A stretch of 64,000 nt of DNA from Candidatus Bathyarchaeota archaeon (GCA_963811105.1 CAWEPZ010000013.1:128001-192000), one strand, 5' to 3'. Positions 39,033-50,936 are shown, numbered from the stretch's first letter. The notes: generated by a model from the letters alone, not told the origin. Numbers and translations: made by a program.

Positions 39033-40562
39033 TTACAATGTTGGATCGTATAAGTAAATTGCGATTTCTCCGCTGTGATAAACTTCTTTAAATAAGGATG
39101 ATACTGTTGGTTGTCCGTACCAGCCTGTTCCATTTACCCACCAAATCAGGTATATTTTGCCTTGCTCTTGTTGAGTAACAATCTTTGCTGCATTTACGGG
39201 GTTATCATATTCATAAAGAATAATTTGAGTGACATTTGCTGTTAACATTGCCCAGCCATAGAAAGCTCGGTGTGTGAGCAGAAGTGCGCTACTATCTACG
39301 CTATTCTTGAACCATTGCAGAGTGTTAACAGTGTCGGCGCAATCGGTCTTGGGTACAGTGTTCTGGAGCATTGAAGACGGGATCTGATAAATGTAGCTAT
39401 TGACGGGCTGGCCAAAGTAGGGAAAAGGGTTTTCCGGCGGCATCAACATAAAACCCAAACTTAAAACTGAAACCATCAAAACCAAGTAAATTATGCCAAT
39501 TCGGCGTAAATTGAAGCTGAGACGCTTCCAAGAGACAGATTTGAGCCGACTCAGAGTCTCAATGGTACAAAACGCCAAAGGATATGTGAGCATTAATACC
39601 CAGCGAAGATTGCTCGGGCTAACCATCGGAACAAACAACAGAATTAAACTCACTAAGATCCAACTTCTTAGCTGAAAATTCTTAAGACGCCAAATACCCC
39701 ATAGCAAGAAGGGTAAAAGAGGCAAGAAACAATAAAAAAAGAAACCCGTTTCGCTAAAAAGCATTGCCGGGTAAGATGAAAAACCAAAAAGAGCAAGCCA
39801 CCCATCATTGGCGTTAGAAAAACCGAATATTAAACGGAACTCCGATACCGAAGTAAACAAAAAAAGTACCGCCAAGAAAAGCAGCACTGCGGGCAAAACA
39901 GCTAAGACCAAACGAATAGATTTTGCCTGCTCTTTTCGAAGCAACTTATAACCGATCGTAAACGCAAACACGCCCAACATAATGATGGATACAAGTTGAT
40001 GCGATAAAATCACAGCCACCATCGACAAAGAAATTAAGGCATAAAGTTTCCGTGAATACCCATGACGCTCGCCTATGCTATACAGAGTCAAAACTACAAA
40101 AAAGAACACGAAACCAAGCATATTTCTAAGCGAATCCATCGAAACCCGTAAAGCTACAAAATACAAAGTTCCCAAAAGTGCCACAGCAACACTTTTCTTA
40201 GGCGACCACCCTAAACCTTTCTGAGCATACCCGTAAATCGACAAGCCTAAAAATCCTTCAAACGCCACTGAAACGACTTTAAGAACCATTATGAGAGAAC
40301 CGCCGAATGAAACCAACGAAATAATTATTGAATAGAACAAAGGTGCAGTCCCGATAAAACTTAGAAAAGCCACGTTTCCTTTTAGCAACAGTAGAGTGGT
40401 AGGTACATAATGACCCATTGTGTCGAACCCGACGGGGTAAGGCCCCATCAAGACTTCAGGAACGGCTCTCAGCAAGAGGGGAACGACGAATGCGAGGAAA
40501 GGAAACACATTTCTTCTTGAAAACAGACGGCGAATTCTTCCCGATTTTTCTGAACTAATCAT
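39033..40562 (-). CDS. Polytopic membrane protein, GT-C-like glycosyltransferase candidate
   Basis: YPVGFDT..HY loop after the first TM, D.LRN motif, about 11 TM segments, soluble C-terminus. Confidence 0.7.
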   Translation of the reverse strand: MISSEKSGRIRRLFSRRNVFPFLAFVVPLLLRAVPEVLMGPYPVGFDTMGHYVPTTLLLLKGNVAFLSFIGTAPLFYSIIISLVSFGGSLIMVLKVVSVAFEGFLGLSIYGYAQKGLGWSPKKSVAVALLGTLYFVALRVSMDSLRNMLGFVFFFVVLTLYSIGERHGYSRKLYALISLSMVAVILSHQLVSIIMLGVFAFTIGYKLLRKEQAKSIRLVLAVLPAVLLFLAVLFLFTSVSEFRLIFGFSNANDGWLALFGFSSYPAMLFSETGFFFYCFLPLLPFLLWGIWRLKNFQLRSWILVSLILLFVPMVSPSNLRWVLMLTYPLAFCTIETLSRLKSVSWKRLSFNLRRIGIIYLVLMVSVLSLGFMLMPPENPFPYFGQPVNSYIYQIPSSMLQNTVPKTDCADTVNTLQWFKNSVDSSALLLTHRAFYGWAMLTANVTQIILYEYDNPVNAAKIVTQQEQGKIYLIWWVNGTGWYGQPTVSSLFKEVYHSGEIAIYLYDPTL

Positions 40563-40635
40563 TCAGTTGGTCCTCAGCAACTTGCTTGACAAAAAATTGA
40601 GTGGAGGAAGCAAAAAAGAGAGACATCCACCTTTC

Positions 40636-42187
40636 TTAACTATTTTCGAGACTGCCAACGCCGATATGCGCTAAATGAAATTGCGGTACTCTAAAAGACC
40701 GCACGTAAAATCGAGACAAAACACCGGATTTTCCTATTTTTTCTCTTATAAAACTAATTATGGGTAGAATAAAGCGAGTGAAGCCAACAATGATGAGTAC
40801 CGTGATAAATACTATGACATACCAACTTGACAGTTGATCTGAAAGAGTGGGACCAGCTGAGGTACTTGGAGTTGGCGTGGAGCTCGTCGTAGGAATCAGC
40901 GTGGGAGAAGCTGTTGGGCTACCCGAAGCAGGAGTAGGCGTAGGTGTTGAGGTAGGGTTGCCGGGTGCAGGGGTAGAAGTTGGGGTAGGAGTTGGAGTGG
41001 GACTTTGTAAGTTGCTAATTGCATATTGCGCTGCTTCAATTATCATTCCATTGGTTTTGTCAATGTCGGTTGTGACAACGCGTCCGTTCTCATCGATACC
41101 GTCAGAGTATCCGCTTGATGGATTAGGTAGATGAGACTCAACATACGAAACCATATTTTCAGTAAAAGGAGTATCATGCATCGCAAGCAAACCAACTGCA
41201 GATTTGAAATAAATAATTGGTGTGATTCCAACTTTGTCCTTGTTCACATTCTCTATGGTCCAAGTTGAACCGTCCTCCTTTACAATCCACTCGTAAACAT
41301 ATGAAGGATTGTCCAAACCTGTATTTCCTTCGCTAAAGGCTGCAAACTTGCCTGTAGTTGTTGTATCTAGCTTCATGAGCGAAATACACTTGCTCAGCCA
41401 AACCATTCAGCTTACCATTAGGGGCAAGATTAAAAACAGAAAGAAGCAAAGGTTCACACATTAATTTTGAAGTAGGTAGCGTTACGCCATAGGTGGAAAT
41501 AGTAGGTGCTGACACAATATTGTTTAATATTGAGCTAGCCAAAGTTGAGAACCGGCTTGGCCAAAAACCGGCGAAGGCACTTGCAACATAGTAATCATAG
41601 AGGTTCTTTGAATTTGTTAGAGCGTCAATTGCCTGTTCCAACGGAGCATAGTTAGTTCGATTATACACAATGGAGTTGATGGTCTCTGCCAATTCAGGCC
41701 TAAAAACTCTCAGATTGTTAAGAGCTGCCAGCAACTCTCCAGCATCGGCAGCGTTTTGCTGGTCAGCGACATATGGATTCCCATTAGCAGATTGGTACCA
41801 TTCATAAGGCAAGCCATTAGATGCAAGCTGACGAATTTGAAGGAACGTCAATATCTTGTTGAATCTCGCATCCGCTCCCCAAGTGCCACCTGCGCTTAAA
41901 ATTCCTAGACGGTTAACAGCGATTATTGATTGAATGTAAACTCCCAAATCCCAATCGGTAAAATAAGGATAACCCAAACCAGCACCGTGGAGCCCCGTTA
42001 TGGAATCTACCGCAACCCCAGGCTGGAAATATTTCCAGGCGTTATTCGCCAAACGTAACCAATATGCCTGATCAACCACCAAACTATTTTGTTGACCTTC
42101 GGTTATGGGTACCAACGATTGAGTGATCCCGGACAGAAACATAAAGATGAGTAAAACCGCAACAACGTGCTTCGCTTTAACTTTCAT
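40636..42187 (-). pseudogene. DUF3131/GH144-like secreted protein with Pro/Thr linker and TM anchor, single frameshift
   Basis: LANNAWKYF, FTDWDLGVY, AHEARYN / TTGKFAAFSEG, TNGMIIEAA; one extra base near 41360. Confidence 0.78.
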
Positions 42188-42456
42188 AGATAAACCCTCG
42201 GTACACCAGACAAAAGGTTAGAAACCGTGAAGCGCAAGATAAATCTTTTTGGAAGCCTCTGCATTTATTCATTATATGCTTGCAAGGAGCACAATGGCAA
42301 CACGGTGGTGGTAAGTAACTTGGATATTTTTGTATTGGCCTTCTCTGGCCGGATACATCTGGCTGGTTCTAATGCATCAAAAGCTACTTTTGAGGGCTAA
42401 ATCTAAAACAGTTTTACCAAAATCCTTTTTTGGTTTCTTTTGCATAGTACGCAACA

Positions 42457-43602
42457 GTGGAGTGTCTAAAAATAAAAATTGTCTTCGTCACCAATTATCC
42501 ACCAAGACGTGGCAGATTATCCGAGTATGCTCTTAACTTAATAGATGAGCTCCAAAAATGTCCCAGCGTGAGCCACATTGACATAATCACTGAAGTATCT
42601 TCTAATGAAGTTACTCGAATAAGTGACAAAGTAACTCTGCATCCGGTATGGAAATCAGACAGCCCCTTATCATTCATTTTAATTCTTAAAAAAATAATTG
42701 CCCTTAAACCCGACATAGTTCATTTTAATATACACATGGCAGTTTTCGGGCAGTCTAGAATATCCAACTTCGTAGGGCTTTCCTTGCCCTTCCTGTCCAT
42801 GATAATAGGTTTTAAGACTATTGTCACCATGCACAACTTTGTTGATAAAATTGACATAAAGAAAACGGGTTTCAAGGACACTTTTATCAATAGATTAAGC
42901 GCTTTCTTGGTCACTAAACTAATCGCATCGAGTTCAGCCGTCACTTTAACCATGAAATCCCACACTGATTTTTTCAACAAAAGATATCACTGCAAAAAGG
43001 CAGTAACAATTCCGCATGGAACCTGGAATAACAGTTCCTATACCCAAGAGCAGGTTTGCGAGAAGGACTCGATATTATACATAGGACATTCAGGACCGTC
43101 CAAAGACATAAATCTACTTTTTGATACGTTCAACATTCTTGAGAGAAAACATCGAGGATTAAAACTAATTGTTGCAGGAACGTCCCACCCGAACCACCCA
43201 CATTATCTCGATAAATATAGAAAAAACGCAGATAACGTATTTTTCACTGGATACGTTCCTGAGGATCAACTTCAAGCTCTATTTGAAAAAGCAAACGCTG
43301 TCATTCTTCCCTACCACACATGCACTGGTACAAGCGGAATTGCCCATTTAGCAAGTTCCTTTGGCACACCAATAGTGGCAACAGATCTTCCCGAATTCAG
43401 AGAACTGACGAAAGAAGGATGCGGTTTATTAGTTAGTGCACATAACCCGCAAGCTTTAGCTTCAAGAGTTGAAGAAATCATCGATAATCCTCGCCTTGCA
43501 CTTGAATTAAAAGAACGCAACATTACTTTCGCCGCTTCAAGATCATGGAACATCGTTGCGGAGCACTTTTGCTCCTTATATGAAGAATTGTTGGGAAGGT
43601 AG
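42457..43602 (+). CDS. Glycosyltransferase family 4
   Basis: TNYPP..GRLSEY, IPHG, VILPY..TSGIAHLA..GTPIVATDLPEF. Confidence 0.92.
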   Translation: MECLKIKIVFVTNYPPRRGRLSEYALNLIDELQKCPSVSHIDIITEVSSNEVTRISDKVTLHPVWKSDSPLSFILILKKIIALKPDIVHFNIHMAVFGQSRISNFVGLSLPFLSMIIGFKTIVTMHNFVDKIDIKKTGFKDTFINRLSAFLVTKLIASSSAVTLTMKSHTDFFNKRYHCKKAVTIPHGTWNNSSYTQEQVCEKDSILYIGHSGPSKDINLLFDTFNILERKHRGLKLIVAGTSHPNHPHYLDKYRKNADNVFFTGYVPEDQLQALFEKANAVILPYHTCTGTSGIAHLASSFGTPIVATDLPEFRELTKEGCGLLVSAHNPQALASRVEEIIDNPRLALELKERNITFAASRSWNIVAEHFCSLYEELLGR

Positions 43603-43824
43603 AAGAATCAAGGTATTCTTAGTTGCTCCTGAAGATCAACCTGTAATCATAGGTGGTGGGGGAATCGTCTGAAAACTTATCCGGGCAAAAGGGGAAGTTG
43701 GTCGCTCATCAATTAGCGCTTAAATTCCTTACTTAAGTTACTTGCCAAAATTGTTTGCTGATTGTGGGAACCACAATAAAGCGTTAACTAACTTATGTTT
43801 CAGGGTTTGGAACTAAAATTTTAC

Positions 43825-43940
43825 TCTTTTGTAAGTATTGCTGCTAAGCGAATTGAAGAGGTTATCGTGTTTGATTAAGACAGGTTTTGAGTTTGTCACA
43901 AATATGGATGGCGTTAAGTTGTTCCGAAAACCTAAATGGG
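43825..43940 (+). mobile_element. C-terminal remnant of an archaeal tyrosine integrase
   Basis: AAKRIEEV / LIKTGFEFVTNMDGVKLFRKPK resembles, from memory, the GFEYV..MDG.KLFRK.K tail of archaeal site-specific integrases; catalytic part absent. Confidence 0.55.
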
Positions 43941-44198
43941 TTTTATTTTTTCTTTTTTTTGTTTTTTTGATCTTAGTCACGTCTTTAGCAAAGGCTTCCT
44001 CAACAACCAATGAAACCGGGCGGAGCATATTACGACGGGGTACGTTTGAACGCTCAGCTCACAGTTTGGGGAATTACTTAGAAAGACCTAACCGCCCCCG
44101 CAAATTAGTTTGGCAATCAAGGCTGAATATTAAAATGTGATTGTAGGCACCAGGATTCTTAAATTAAATCACAGGAAATACCTAAAGAGGCAACGGGA

Positions 44199-44229
44199 GG
44201 GGATCCTAGCCCCATTCTACCAGTAAAAA
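44199..44229 (+). repeat. Dispersed ~31-bp intergenic repeat, copy 1
   Basis: GGGGATCCTAGCCCCATTCTACCAGTAAAAA; 28/31 identical to 57345-57375. Confidence 0.7.
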
Positions 44230-44371
44230 GTTGATGAAAGTGAGCCCTGATCGGACTTACCGAAAATAGTCTGAGCCCCGTCTCTAACATTTTAATATTT
44301 ACCTGAACATTTTGTAGGAAAGGCAGCAAAGAGTCAACTATATACTTTGCTAAAGTGTTCGTTGTCTGACT

Positions 44372-46171
44372 CTATTGCTTTTTTTCTTCAAGGGCTTTTT
44401 GGTCGAGATAGTATTTTCCGTTGATTTCCACGAACATTTTTGTTTGTTCTTTTCGTCTTTCCATGATTCTTACAAATATTCGTGACAAACCCAGTTCTTT
44501 AGCTGTCATTGCAGTTTGGGGGCTAATGGCTCCCTTCTCTTGGAATTTCTGGATAATTTGCTGGATTTTCTCATCTCTCCAGCCTTGCGGCTCTGTTGTT
44601 CCTTGTTGGCTTGGTGGAGGAGGAGGAACTGGAGCAATGGTCGGCGCAGATTGCATTGGGGCTTGAGTCTTTTGTGTTTCTATAGTTTCAACGGTAGTTG
44701 TTTTGCCTTGGTTGTCAGGTCCACTTCCACTGCTGTCTACTTCGGTTGCTTGAGAGGATGTTGGGTTCAGTTTTATGACAACTTCAGTTTTGTTTTTCAC
44801 TGAAACAGAGATCGGTGTTGAAGCAATGTATCCTGTGGCGGTGGCTTTTATTGTGTAATCGCCGTCTTTGAAGTCTTTGAAAACAGTTTGTCCCTTGTTA
44901 TTAGTGGCGCCTGATAGATCTTGTTGACCGCTGGCGAAGACAGCTGCTCTATAAATCGGCGATTGCGTTTGAGAGTTTTGCACTGTCGCTGTGAATTTGC
45001 GTTGGCGACTAAGCCATATAAGGATTATGATGATTAGCAATATGATGATGATTATGACTATGATGATCCAGATAATTGAGCCAAAATCAAATGAACCTGG
45101 GTTTGTATTTGGTGTTGCAGATGTGGTTGAGGCACCCGATATGACCGACACGGTGTTGTCTCCGCCTTCTGCGCCGCAAGTAACATATATTGCACCATTG
45201 CCTGAGTCACAGGTTATTGTCCATGGTAAGTGCCCCACAGTTATGGTTTCAACCAATTTGTTTGTGCTGTCTGATATTGCAACGACTTTGTTGTTTTGAT
45301 GAAGGGCTACGAATATTTCGCCTCGAGAGGGATCGTAAGCTACCCCTTCAACTTGCACTTCATGATTCAAGTTCGAAATTGTTGCAACAATTGCATTGGT
45401 GCTATCAGAAATAACGGAAACAACGGTATCGCTTGTACCCGTACCAGTAGGTACGAATATTTCGCCTTTTGCAGAATCGTAGGCTAAAAATGAAGGACCG
45501 CCCGGCAGACGCAATGTTGCAACTACCGCGTTGGTATTATCAGATATAACTGAGAGAGAGTAGTTCTTTGAGTCAGTTTCAAAATTGGCTACGAATATCT
45601 CGCTTTTGCCAGAATCGTAGGCGATACTAAAAGGTTCGACTCCTACGGGTATTGTTGCTATCACAGTGTTTGTGCTGTCTGAAATTACTGAGACGGTGTT
45701 GTCGTAAGAATTAGTTACAAATAATTCGCCCTTTGCGGAATCATAAACTATGTTGTAAGGGGATTGTCCTACGGGTATAGTTGCTACCACGGTGTTTGTG
45801 CTATCGGATATAACTGATACAGAGTTGCCATGCAAATTCACTACGAATATCTCGCCCTTGGCAGAGTCATAAGCTACACCATAGGGGTAAGATCCTACGG
45901 GTATAGTTTCAACCACCGTGTTAGTACTGTCGGATATAACTGAAATTGTGTTGTCTTGACCATTAGTTACGAATATCTCGCCTTTGGCAGAATCATAAGC
46001 TACGCCCATTGGAGCTTTTCCAACAGGTATCGTTGCGGTTACTCCCAGGGCATTAGCCATGTTGACTGTTGATAAAATAAAAATTGCAATGAATAATAAA
46101 ACAAGAAGTTTCCTAACTTTGAGCTTCCATAGACATTTCTCTTTCCTTCCTTCTGAATCGGGTAGTTTCAA
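44372..46171 (-). CDS. YVTN/YncE beta-propeller surface protein with TM and cytoplasmic tail
   Basis: Seven repeats of AYDSAKGEIFVTN..DNTVSVISDSTNTVVATIPVG; Ile-rich TM; carboxypeptidase-regulatory-like domain; tail FQEKGAISPQTAMTAKELGL. Confidence 0.88.
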   Translation of the reverse strand: MKLPDSEGRKEKCLWKLKVRKLLVLLFIAIFILSTVNMANALGVTATIPVGKAPMGVAYDSAKGEIFVTNGQDNTISVISDSTNTVVETIPVGSYPYGVAYDSAKGEIFVVNLHGNSVSVISDSTNTVVATIPVGQSPYNIVYDSAKGELFVTNSYDNTVSVISDSTNTVIATIPVGVEPFSIAYDSGKSEIFVANFETDSKNYSLSVISDNTNAVVATLRLPGGPSFLAYDSAKGEIFVPTGTGTSDTVVSVISDSTNAIVATISNLNHEVQVEGVAYDPSRGEIFVALHQNNKVVAISDSTNKLVETITVGHLPWTITCDSGNGAIYVTCGAEGGDNTVSVISGASTTSATPNTNPGSFDFGSIIWIIIVIIIIILLIIIILIWLSRQRKFTATVQNSQTQSPIYRAAVFASGQQDLSGATNNKGQTVFKDFKDGDYTIKATATGYIASTPISVSVKNKTEVVIKLNPTSSQATEVDSSGSGPDNQGKTTTVETIETQKTQAPMQSAPTIAPVPPPPPSQQGTTEPQGWRDEKIQQIIQKFQEKGAISPQTAMTAKELGLSRIFVRIMERRKEQTKMFVEINGKYYLDQKALEEKKQ

Positions 46172-46436
46172 AGTGGATTTAAGGCTTTTGTTTGCTCGCT
46201 TGAGATACTCGTCAATGAGTTAATTCTGTATGAGAATATCTACAAGCCGGCAACTGCCTGCAACCTAATTATCTCAGCGACAAAACGCACGATCCTAATC
46301 GTGGGGATCTAACCTACAATCTGTTTTAGCAAGGATCCTGGTACAGATTTTAAAACAACAGACAAATAAACCGTAATTACAGTTATTTAACCATATTGAC
46401 CTCAAAAACAGCTCTAGCTGGTAAAATGGCGTCGAG

Positions 46437-46467
46437 GTGGATTCTAGCCCCAATTTAATAGTAAAAT
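46437..46467 (+). repeat. Dispersed ~31-bp intergenic repeat, copy 2
   Basis: GTGGATTCTAGCCCCAATTTAATAGTAAAAT; 24/31 identical to copy 1. Confidence 0.55.
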
Positions 46468-46506
46468 TGTTTTTTCAGCCATCACAAACATGCCCGTACA
46501 AACCAG

Positions 46507-46533
46507 CCCAGGGTTCAAATCCCGAAGGCCACA
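46507..46533 (+). other. tRNA T-arm-like fragment (possible att scar)
   Basis: CCCAGGGTTCAAATCCCGAAGGCCACA; no complete cloverleaf. Confidence 0.4.
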
Positions 46534-46669
46534 AGTTGTCTGGGACCACTTTTGCTCTCTTCTTGGAATCTAAAAGTATTGCCGACTTCTTGATGAGTCT
46601 GAGTATTGATTATGACATAAGTTTGAGAATTCACAATACTTATAGTCATTTCACTTGCCATTCTAACTC

Positions 46670-49371
46670 ATGAGCAAAAGAAATGCTCGCCGAGAAGCAA
46701 AACCTCAAGCAATTGAGACAGCTTCTCCTGTAATGATCAATTCAGCAGCGCTTGACAAAGAGAATCCCCTGCATATTTTACACGTTGATGATGATGCGAG
46801 TCATCTTGAAATCACGAAACAAATACTCTCAGATGAGAACAATTTTGAGATTGAAAGTGCCACATCTGTTGATGAAGCCTTCAAAAAAATGGAGAAGCAA
46901 ACTTTTGATGCGGTTGTTTCCGACTACGAAATGCCTATTAAAAATGGCTTGGAATTTCTAAAAGAACTCCGAACGCAAAAAATGGACATTCCTTTTATTT
47001 TGTTTACAGGAAAAGGCAGGGAAGACGTTGCAGTTAAAGCTTTGAATTTAGGCGCTGACAACTACATTAACAAAAACGGTTCTCCAGAAACAGTCTACTG
47101 CGAATTGGCAGATGCCATAAACAAGACTGTGGAACGCAAGAAATCAATAAAACTGCTTGCTAACTCAGAGGCAAAATATCGTACACTAGTTGAGAATTCA
47201 CTTCAAGGAATATCAATTCTGCAAGCAACTCCGCTCAGGCTGATTTTTGCCAACGAAGCTATGGGAAAACTTTTGGGCTATTCTTCTCAAGAGTTAATGT
47301 CGCTTTCGCAAGAAGGAATTATAGGTTTGGTTTATCATGAGGACAGAGCCGTTTTCTTTGGACGAATGGAAAACCGTTTGCGGGGTGAACCAGCGGGAGC
47401 GCCCTACGAGTTTCGTGGAGTACGAAAGGACGGCTCGATAATATGGATGAGTGCACTCGCTAATCGAGTTGATTATGAAGGGCAACCTGCAGTCCAGGGC
47501 ATGTTCTTAGATATTAACGAACGCAAAAAAGCCGAAGACTCTTTGAAAGAAAGTGAAGAAAAATTCAGGACTCTATCCGAAGAATTGCCGAATATGATCT
47601 TCATAAACAAGCGAGGTAAAGTAGTTTATGCCAACAAGAAATGCGAAGAAATTACTGGATACACAAAAGAAGAGCTGTATTCTCCCAACTTCAACTTCCT
47701 TTCTCTGTGCGCACCGGAATATGTTGACGTAATGAGGTCGTCTTATACTAGACATATGAAAAACGAATCTGTTCCTTCGTACGAGTTCTCGCTCGTCACC
47801 CGAGATAATAAGAGAGTTGAGGCAATAATCACCACAAATTGATGGATTACGAGGGAGAAAAGGCTATCCTTGGAATAGTAACTGACATTACTGAACGCAA
47901 AAAAAATGAGGCGACCCTACGAGAGAGCGAAGAGCAGTTCAGGCAGTTATTTTCTAGTATGCCCAGTGGAGTAGCCATTTACGAGGCGATTGATAATGGA
48001 GAAGATTTTGTGTTCAGGGATTTCAACACTGCGGCAGAGGAGATTGAGAAAAAAAGCAAAGATAATGTTCTTGGCAAACGCGTGACCCAAGTGTTTGCAG
48101 GCGTCAAGAGCTGTGGCATTTTTGATGTTTTTCAGCGCGTTTGGCGAACTGGCCACCCAGAATACTATCCAGTTGCACTCTACAAAGACGACAATAAGCC
48201 GGGTACCTGGCGCGAGAATTGGGTTTACAAACTGCCAAACGGAAATATCATAGCAATATACAACGACATTACCGATCGCAAGAAAGCCGAGGAAAATGTT
48301 AGAAAAAGTGAGGAGCGGTACCGAGAGCTTGCAAACTCTGTGCCGGAGATGGTTTTTGAATGTGACTTGACTGGAAAGATTACCTACATTAGCCAACGTG
48401 CTATCGATTTCACAGGCTTCACCAATGAGGAGCTTTTTGGAAAGAACATGTTGGATTTCCTCGTTCCAGAAGATCGAAAAAGAGCCATAGAGAATATGAA
48501 GAGATCTTTTGCTGGCGAAAATCTAGGCAGCACTGAGTATTCACTTTTCAGGAAAGATGGCACATTCTATCCTACGTTGGTACGCACCTCTCGAATAATT
48601 TCTCAAAACAAAGTAGTGGGTCTTAGAGGACTGGTCATTGAAATAACTGAGCGCAAGAAAGCCGAAAAAGCCTTGCAAGAAAGCCAGATCCACTACCAAC
48701 TATTGGCCGAACGTGAACATGTGACTAACGAAAAGTTGAATGTAATTAGCAAGTTGACAAGGCATGACGTCCGAAACAAATTATCATCGGTCAAAGCAAA
48801 CGTTTACTTGCTTAGAAAGCGGGGTGGTGCTAATTCTGAAATAGCCAATTACATCGCCGCAATCGAACAGTCGGTAGAGCAGACAGAATCTCTCTTAGAA
48901 TTTAGCCGGATCTACGAACAAATAGGTACTGAGCAACTAAAGACTGTGGATGTAGAGGAGTGTTTTAATGAAGCTACGTCTTTCTTTCCAGACCTGAAAA
49001 ACGTGAAGGTTACAAACGATTGCCATGGGTTAAATGTGTTGGCTGACTCGTTGTTGAGGCAGCTCTTATACAATTTTATTGACAATTCAATGAAACATGG
49101 AGAAAAAATTTCTCAAATACGAGTCTACTATAGGAAAGAAGGCAACGAAGCTAAGTTGGTCTATGAGGATGACGGAGTAGGCATATCATCTGCTAACAAG
49201 TCCAGGACTTTTAGTGAAGGTTTTACAACAGGTAAGGGTACCGGCCATGGTCTATACCTTGTAAAGAGGATGATGGAAGTATATGGTTGGAAGATAGAAG
49301 AAGCTGGCGAGGAAGGAAAAGGAGTAAAATTTGTTATAACAATTCCTGAGACAAAGTTAGCTAAACCCTAA
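46670..49371 (+). pseudogene. Hybrid REC-multi-PAS histidine kinase split by a 1-nt deletion
   Basis: ORFs 46670-47842 and 47839-49371 join in mid-PAC (ACCACAAA^TTGATG gives TTKLMDYEG); H-box RHDVRNKL; DNSMKHG, DDGVGI, GHGLY. Confidence 0.88.
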
Positions 49372-49495
49372 GCAACCATTTTCCATAGAGTCAAAAGGAA
49401 AACAGAAGACTTGCCAGCCAGAACCTTCGTAAACATTCAAAAAAACAGCATCGAGGAAATTAAGTATTGAGTCACTCAAAAAGTAATCGAAGTTC

Positions 49496-49591
49496 AAGCG
49501 GTCTTATCGGTCGATAGCACACAAGTGCCTGCTTCCGCCTTGCCTGTATGGCCCGGTGTGAAATAGTAGGCGTCTCCGGCTTCAAGAGTTA
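49496..49591 (-). pseudogene. Cupin C-terminal fragment
   Basis: TLEAGDAYYFTPGHTGKAEAG matches cupin motif 2; no start codon or motif 1. Confidence 0.45.
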
Positions 49592-49621
49592 ACGCATAAT
49601 GGCTAGTTTAGTAAGCCCATG

Positions 49622-50929
49622 TTAAAGGCTCGTCTGCTTATTCCCCATTCTATGTACCCATTCGAAACTGACTCTTAACACATTCAGGAAAGGCTCTATT
49701 GTTAGAACTTCAGGGCTATCTCGTTTCTGATGATAGAAAGCCACCAATTGCTGCGGTATTTTAAAGGGAAGTAGCGTCGTAGCCTCAATACCTGCTCGAC
49801 TAAACGGGGCGGCGTCGGTCCCTACACCAGATAATGCCGGCTTGATTCTATAGGGAACTCCAGCCGACTTGGCCGCTTCAGCAACACTTTTCACCAAATC
49901 TTGGGAATTCTTTACTGTGCCGTTTATGTCAGAAGAGAGAATAACAATTTCCGGATGAGCAACTGTTTCAAAGTTAAGCACTTGGGCGTGAAGTCGTTTT
50001 AGCTCTTCTTTATGTTGTTTTACATACCGCCGGGATCCTCGAAGCCCTGCTTCTTCACTTCCGAATGATATGAAACGGATTTCCGTGTGGTCGGGAACGT
50101 ACTTGGGGTTTTCAACTAGGAACCGACATAATGCGACCGTGATTGCAGCCGCCGAGAGATTATCTGCCGCGCCTGGCACGTTGCCGCCGTTCTTTCTCCC
50201 GCCAGTAAAGAAAAGCCCAAAGATAATGGAGGGAACTACTGGGTAGATCATGGCCAAAGTCAAAGCATCCGTATGAAGAAAGACTAAATTGGCAATAACC
50301 AAACCGATCAACTGAATAACATTTATTGCTAGCATGGCGAAGAAGCCTATTGTAATAGTCAAGACTACGGCTAAGAATCCGTAGCCAAAAAGGCGAAGCC
50401 AAGTAAATTCTAGTGCACTATCATGGTGACCACTAAAAATAAGCAGTCGCTCCACCTTTGCTGATTTGCGTAAACTCCCAATTACGTTCACCGACTTCTT
50501 CTTTTTAAAAAATAAGTCTATAAATTCAAAATCGAAAAAGAACTCAACAACAAATACTAAAACGGCGGCTATGGAAAACGCAAAAGCGGCAATAGCTACC
50601 GCCCAAGGAGAAATTGTTCTGAAAATTTCTAACGAAACGCTCAGTAGGGCGGCAATCAGTGTGAGGACAGCGCATATGGGATAAGAACCTACGAATGGAT
50701 ATGGTGCAAATGTGAATTCCTCAACTGAAACATTATTGGCTCCCAAGTGTGACGCTAGTTCTTCCTTGATGATAGCAGCTCTTTCCCGCTCTTGAGGGCT
50801 ACCTGGCAAACCAGGGCCAACCTGCGTGCAAATCTTTCTGACTAAATCCAGAGCGTATTGGGCATCATTCTCATTAGGTCTAGCTTCTTGGTTAGTAGAT
50901 GGCTTAGCCTGCTTCATGTGGCTATCCAA
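49622..50929 (-). CDS. M28 family metallopeptidase with internal TM helices
   Basis: SGHHDS, GAADNLS, SEEAGLRGS, GTDAAPF, YHQ. Confidence 0.9.
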   Translation of the reverse strand: MDSHMKQAKPSTNQEARPNENDAQYALDLVRKICTQVGPGLPGSPQERERAAIIKEELASHLGANNVSVEEFTFAPYPFVGSYPICAVLTLIAALLSVSLEIFRTISPWAVAIAAFAFSIAAVLVFVVEFFFDFEFIDLFFKKKKSVNVIGSLRKSAKVERLLIFSGHHDSALEFTWLRLFGYGFLAVVLTITIGFFAMLAINVIQLIGLVIANLVFLHTDALTLAMIYPVVPSIIFGLFFTGGRKNGGNVPGAADNLSAAAITVALCRFLVENPKYVPDHTEIRFISFGSEEAGLRGSRRYVKQHKEELKRLHAQVLNFETVAHPEIVILSSDINGTVKNSQDLVKSVAEAAKSAGVPYRIKPALSGVGTDAAPFSRAGIEATTLLPFKIPQQLVAFYHQKRDSPEVLTIEPFLNVLRVSFEWVHRMGNKQTSL

Positions 50930-50936
50930 GTTCTCT

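Noticed and set aside
39033-40562. Twin-arginine signal in SRRNVF at the N-terminus
   Set aside because: This is a polytopic membrane protein, and basic residues before the first TM are expected from the positive-inside rule.
46420-46540. Complete or intron-containing tRNA gene
   Set aside because: Only a T-arm-like segment is recognisable; I could not fold acceptor, D or anticodon arms.
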